Positions 19,961-20,000 of a DNA stretch of 20,000 bases are shown piece by piece. The stretch lies in NCBI GenBank assembly GCA_012862495.1, contig BLSG01000454.1, forward strand, positions 49,940-69,939, read 5' to 3'. Position 1 is the stretch's first letter. Every line of letters starts with the position of its first letter. Origin of the DNA: Thraustochytrium aureum. Lineage: Eukaryota. The notes beneath the pieces were generated by a model. It saw only the letters and a program-made list of their open reading frames with translations. It was not told the DNA's origin and did no database searches. Both the position numbers and the translations under genes were made by a program.

Positions 19961-20000
19961 GAAAAGTGTTTGTTGAGGCACACGTTTGCTTATCTTATTG

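Noticed and set aside
18638..19981. Long antisense ORFs here and over the other genes (e.g. 6653-7933, 2066-3115)
   Set aside because: They are shadow ORFs expected from GC-rich codon bias and show no recognisable motifs.

Overview
GC-rich, intron-poor eukaryotic draft sequence with seven N-gaps and microsatellite-rich intergenic DNA. A flagellated protist such as a thraustochytrid-like stramenopile is a guess from sequence style only. Four genes are well supported: (1) a signal peptide + J-domain + TM co-chaperone, DNAJC1/DNAJC25-like (minus, 2069-3664); (2) an EF-hand + WD40 protein, WDR49/WDY/EFCAB8-like (minus, 4478-8454); (3) COP9 signalosome subunit 3 (minus, 5' end in a gap); (4) a PARP6/PARP8-like mono-ADP-ribosyltransferase (plus, ~17356-19888) broken by probable homopolymer frameshifts. 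A fifth, orphan, probably nuclear gene (plus, ~10111-11721) can be assembled with a short intron. It carries SUMO consensus sites, an NLS and a C-terminal SIM-like motif lying beyond an in-frame TGA created by a 12-bp duplication. I see no CRISPR array, mobile element, RNA gene or convincing novel multi-gene system. The best leads are the PARP architecture, the orphan gene and a clustered upstream motif.
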